The translations under genes were made by a program, and so were the position numbers. The notes beneath the pieces were generated by a model, which was not told the origin of the DNA, did not search any database, and saw only the letters and a list, made by a program, of their open reading frames with translations. 64,000 nucleotides of DNA from Torpedo marmorata. Lineage: Eukaryota. The stretch is taken from positions 47,802,001-47,866,000 of the forward strand of contig OZ360231.1 in the NCBI GenBank assembly GCA_977017645.1, written 5' to 3'. This document shows, piece after piece, positions 63,142 through 64,000 of the stretch (position 1 is its first letter; every line of letters begins with the position of its first letter).

Positions 63142-64000
63142 AGGCGTTTTCAGACCGCCGACATCTTGTGACCCGGGAAAAGTTCCAGCGAAGCCTGGAC
63201 CTTCGGGTTCTTTCAGGCTGCAGCGTAACTTACCTGGAAAAATAGAAACAGGCAATTTAAGGGTGGTCCCGCCTCCAACGATGACGATGCGAGTGACGCG
63301 TTACGCACTCGCAGGAAATGTTTCAAAAAACAACGGGCCCGCTCAGGGCGGCGGCTCAATGCGAGACCCGCATTACTGTAAATGCCCAGCACTTTTTATT
63401 CCAATCTTGGGGCGGGTTTGGACTGAGAGAGGTTAGAGTGATCTGAGTGGTGAGCGGCGTTATCATACAGTTCGCGTTTGTAAGAATGATACTGGGAGAT
63501 CCCAGCACTCTACCATGGCGAGGATTTCACCAGCTCCTGGAATCCAGCGAACAACTAATCTCCGTCTCTATCTTCACTGCACCAAGCGTCGCCGAGAAAT
63601 CCTAATGCGCACACGGACCTGTTTAATGCAACCTCCCCACTCCCACCCAACTGACTGATCTGAGCCCGGCATTCTGCTGACAGAATGGGTTATTTACCCT
63701 TCAGCGCTATGTTCCCCTGTCCTCGTCTGACTCTCAGGATTAAAGGGAAGCGGGTCCGGGAGCTGCTGAAATGCCAACGCGGTTCCCGCTTCAGAGCTTA
63801 CTGAGATAAAGATGTCAGCTGTTGAACGATTTCAGGCGAAATATATATGTACAGTCCAGATCAAAATTATATCTGGACTCATCTGTGATGCAACTAGATA
63901 TGCCTGGGGTATATCTGAGATACTCTGGGATATCATAATTGGACAGGACAATGTTTCAAAAAAACAACGGGCCCGCTCAGGGCGGCAGCTCAATGCGAGA
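63142..64000. mobile_element. Unclassified CpG-rich element, possibly PIF/Harbinger-like, running off the window
   Basis: Abrupt start AGGCGTTTTCAGACCGC and a 50-bp direct repeat at 63317 and 63950. Confidence 0.35.

Overview
Repeat-dense vertebrate genomic DNA, most likely from a cartilaginous fish (inferred from HE1-type V-SINEs with CR1 tails plus abundant Penelope and Rex1 elements). The only host gene I can recognise is the 3' part of a TRAF3IP2/Act1-family SEFIR adaptor (traf3ip2-like) on the minus strand. It has five coding exons from 63098 to 46483 that splice in frame, with the 5' part beyond the window. Most of the rest is nested mobile DNA: Penelope-like elements (RT + GIY-YIG) with hammerhead-like 3' motifs, Rex1/Babar, CR1, L1 and RTE LINEs, V-SINEs, a decayed full-length Gypsy LTR element, and hAT and Tc1/pogo MITEs. 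The most notable patterns are: (i) repeated TSD-bounded palindromic Penelope insertions made of two head-to-head tails; (ii) two bidirectional promoter-like modules inside traf3ip2l introns, one with a perfect 52-bp-arm inverted repeat carrying two ZNF143/Staf sites; (iii) a hAT MITE that captured flanking LINE DNA, with a candidate donor site 10 kb away; (iv) a dimeric hAT MITE moving as a unit. Repeat-family names come from remembered motifs, not database searches, and boundaries without a TSD are approximate.
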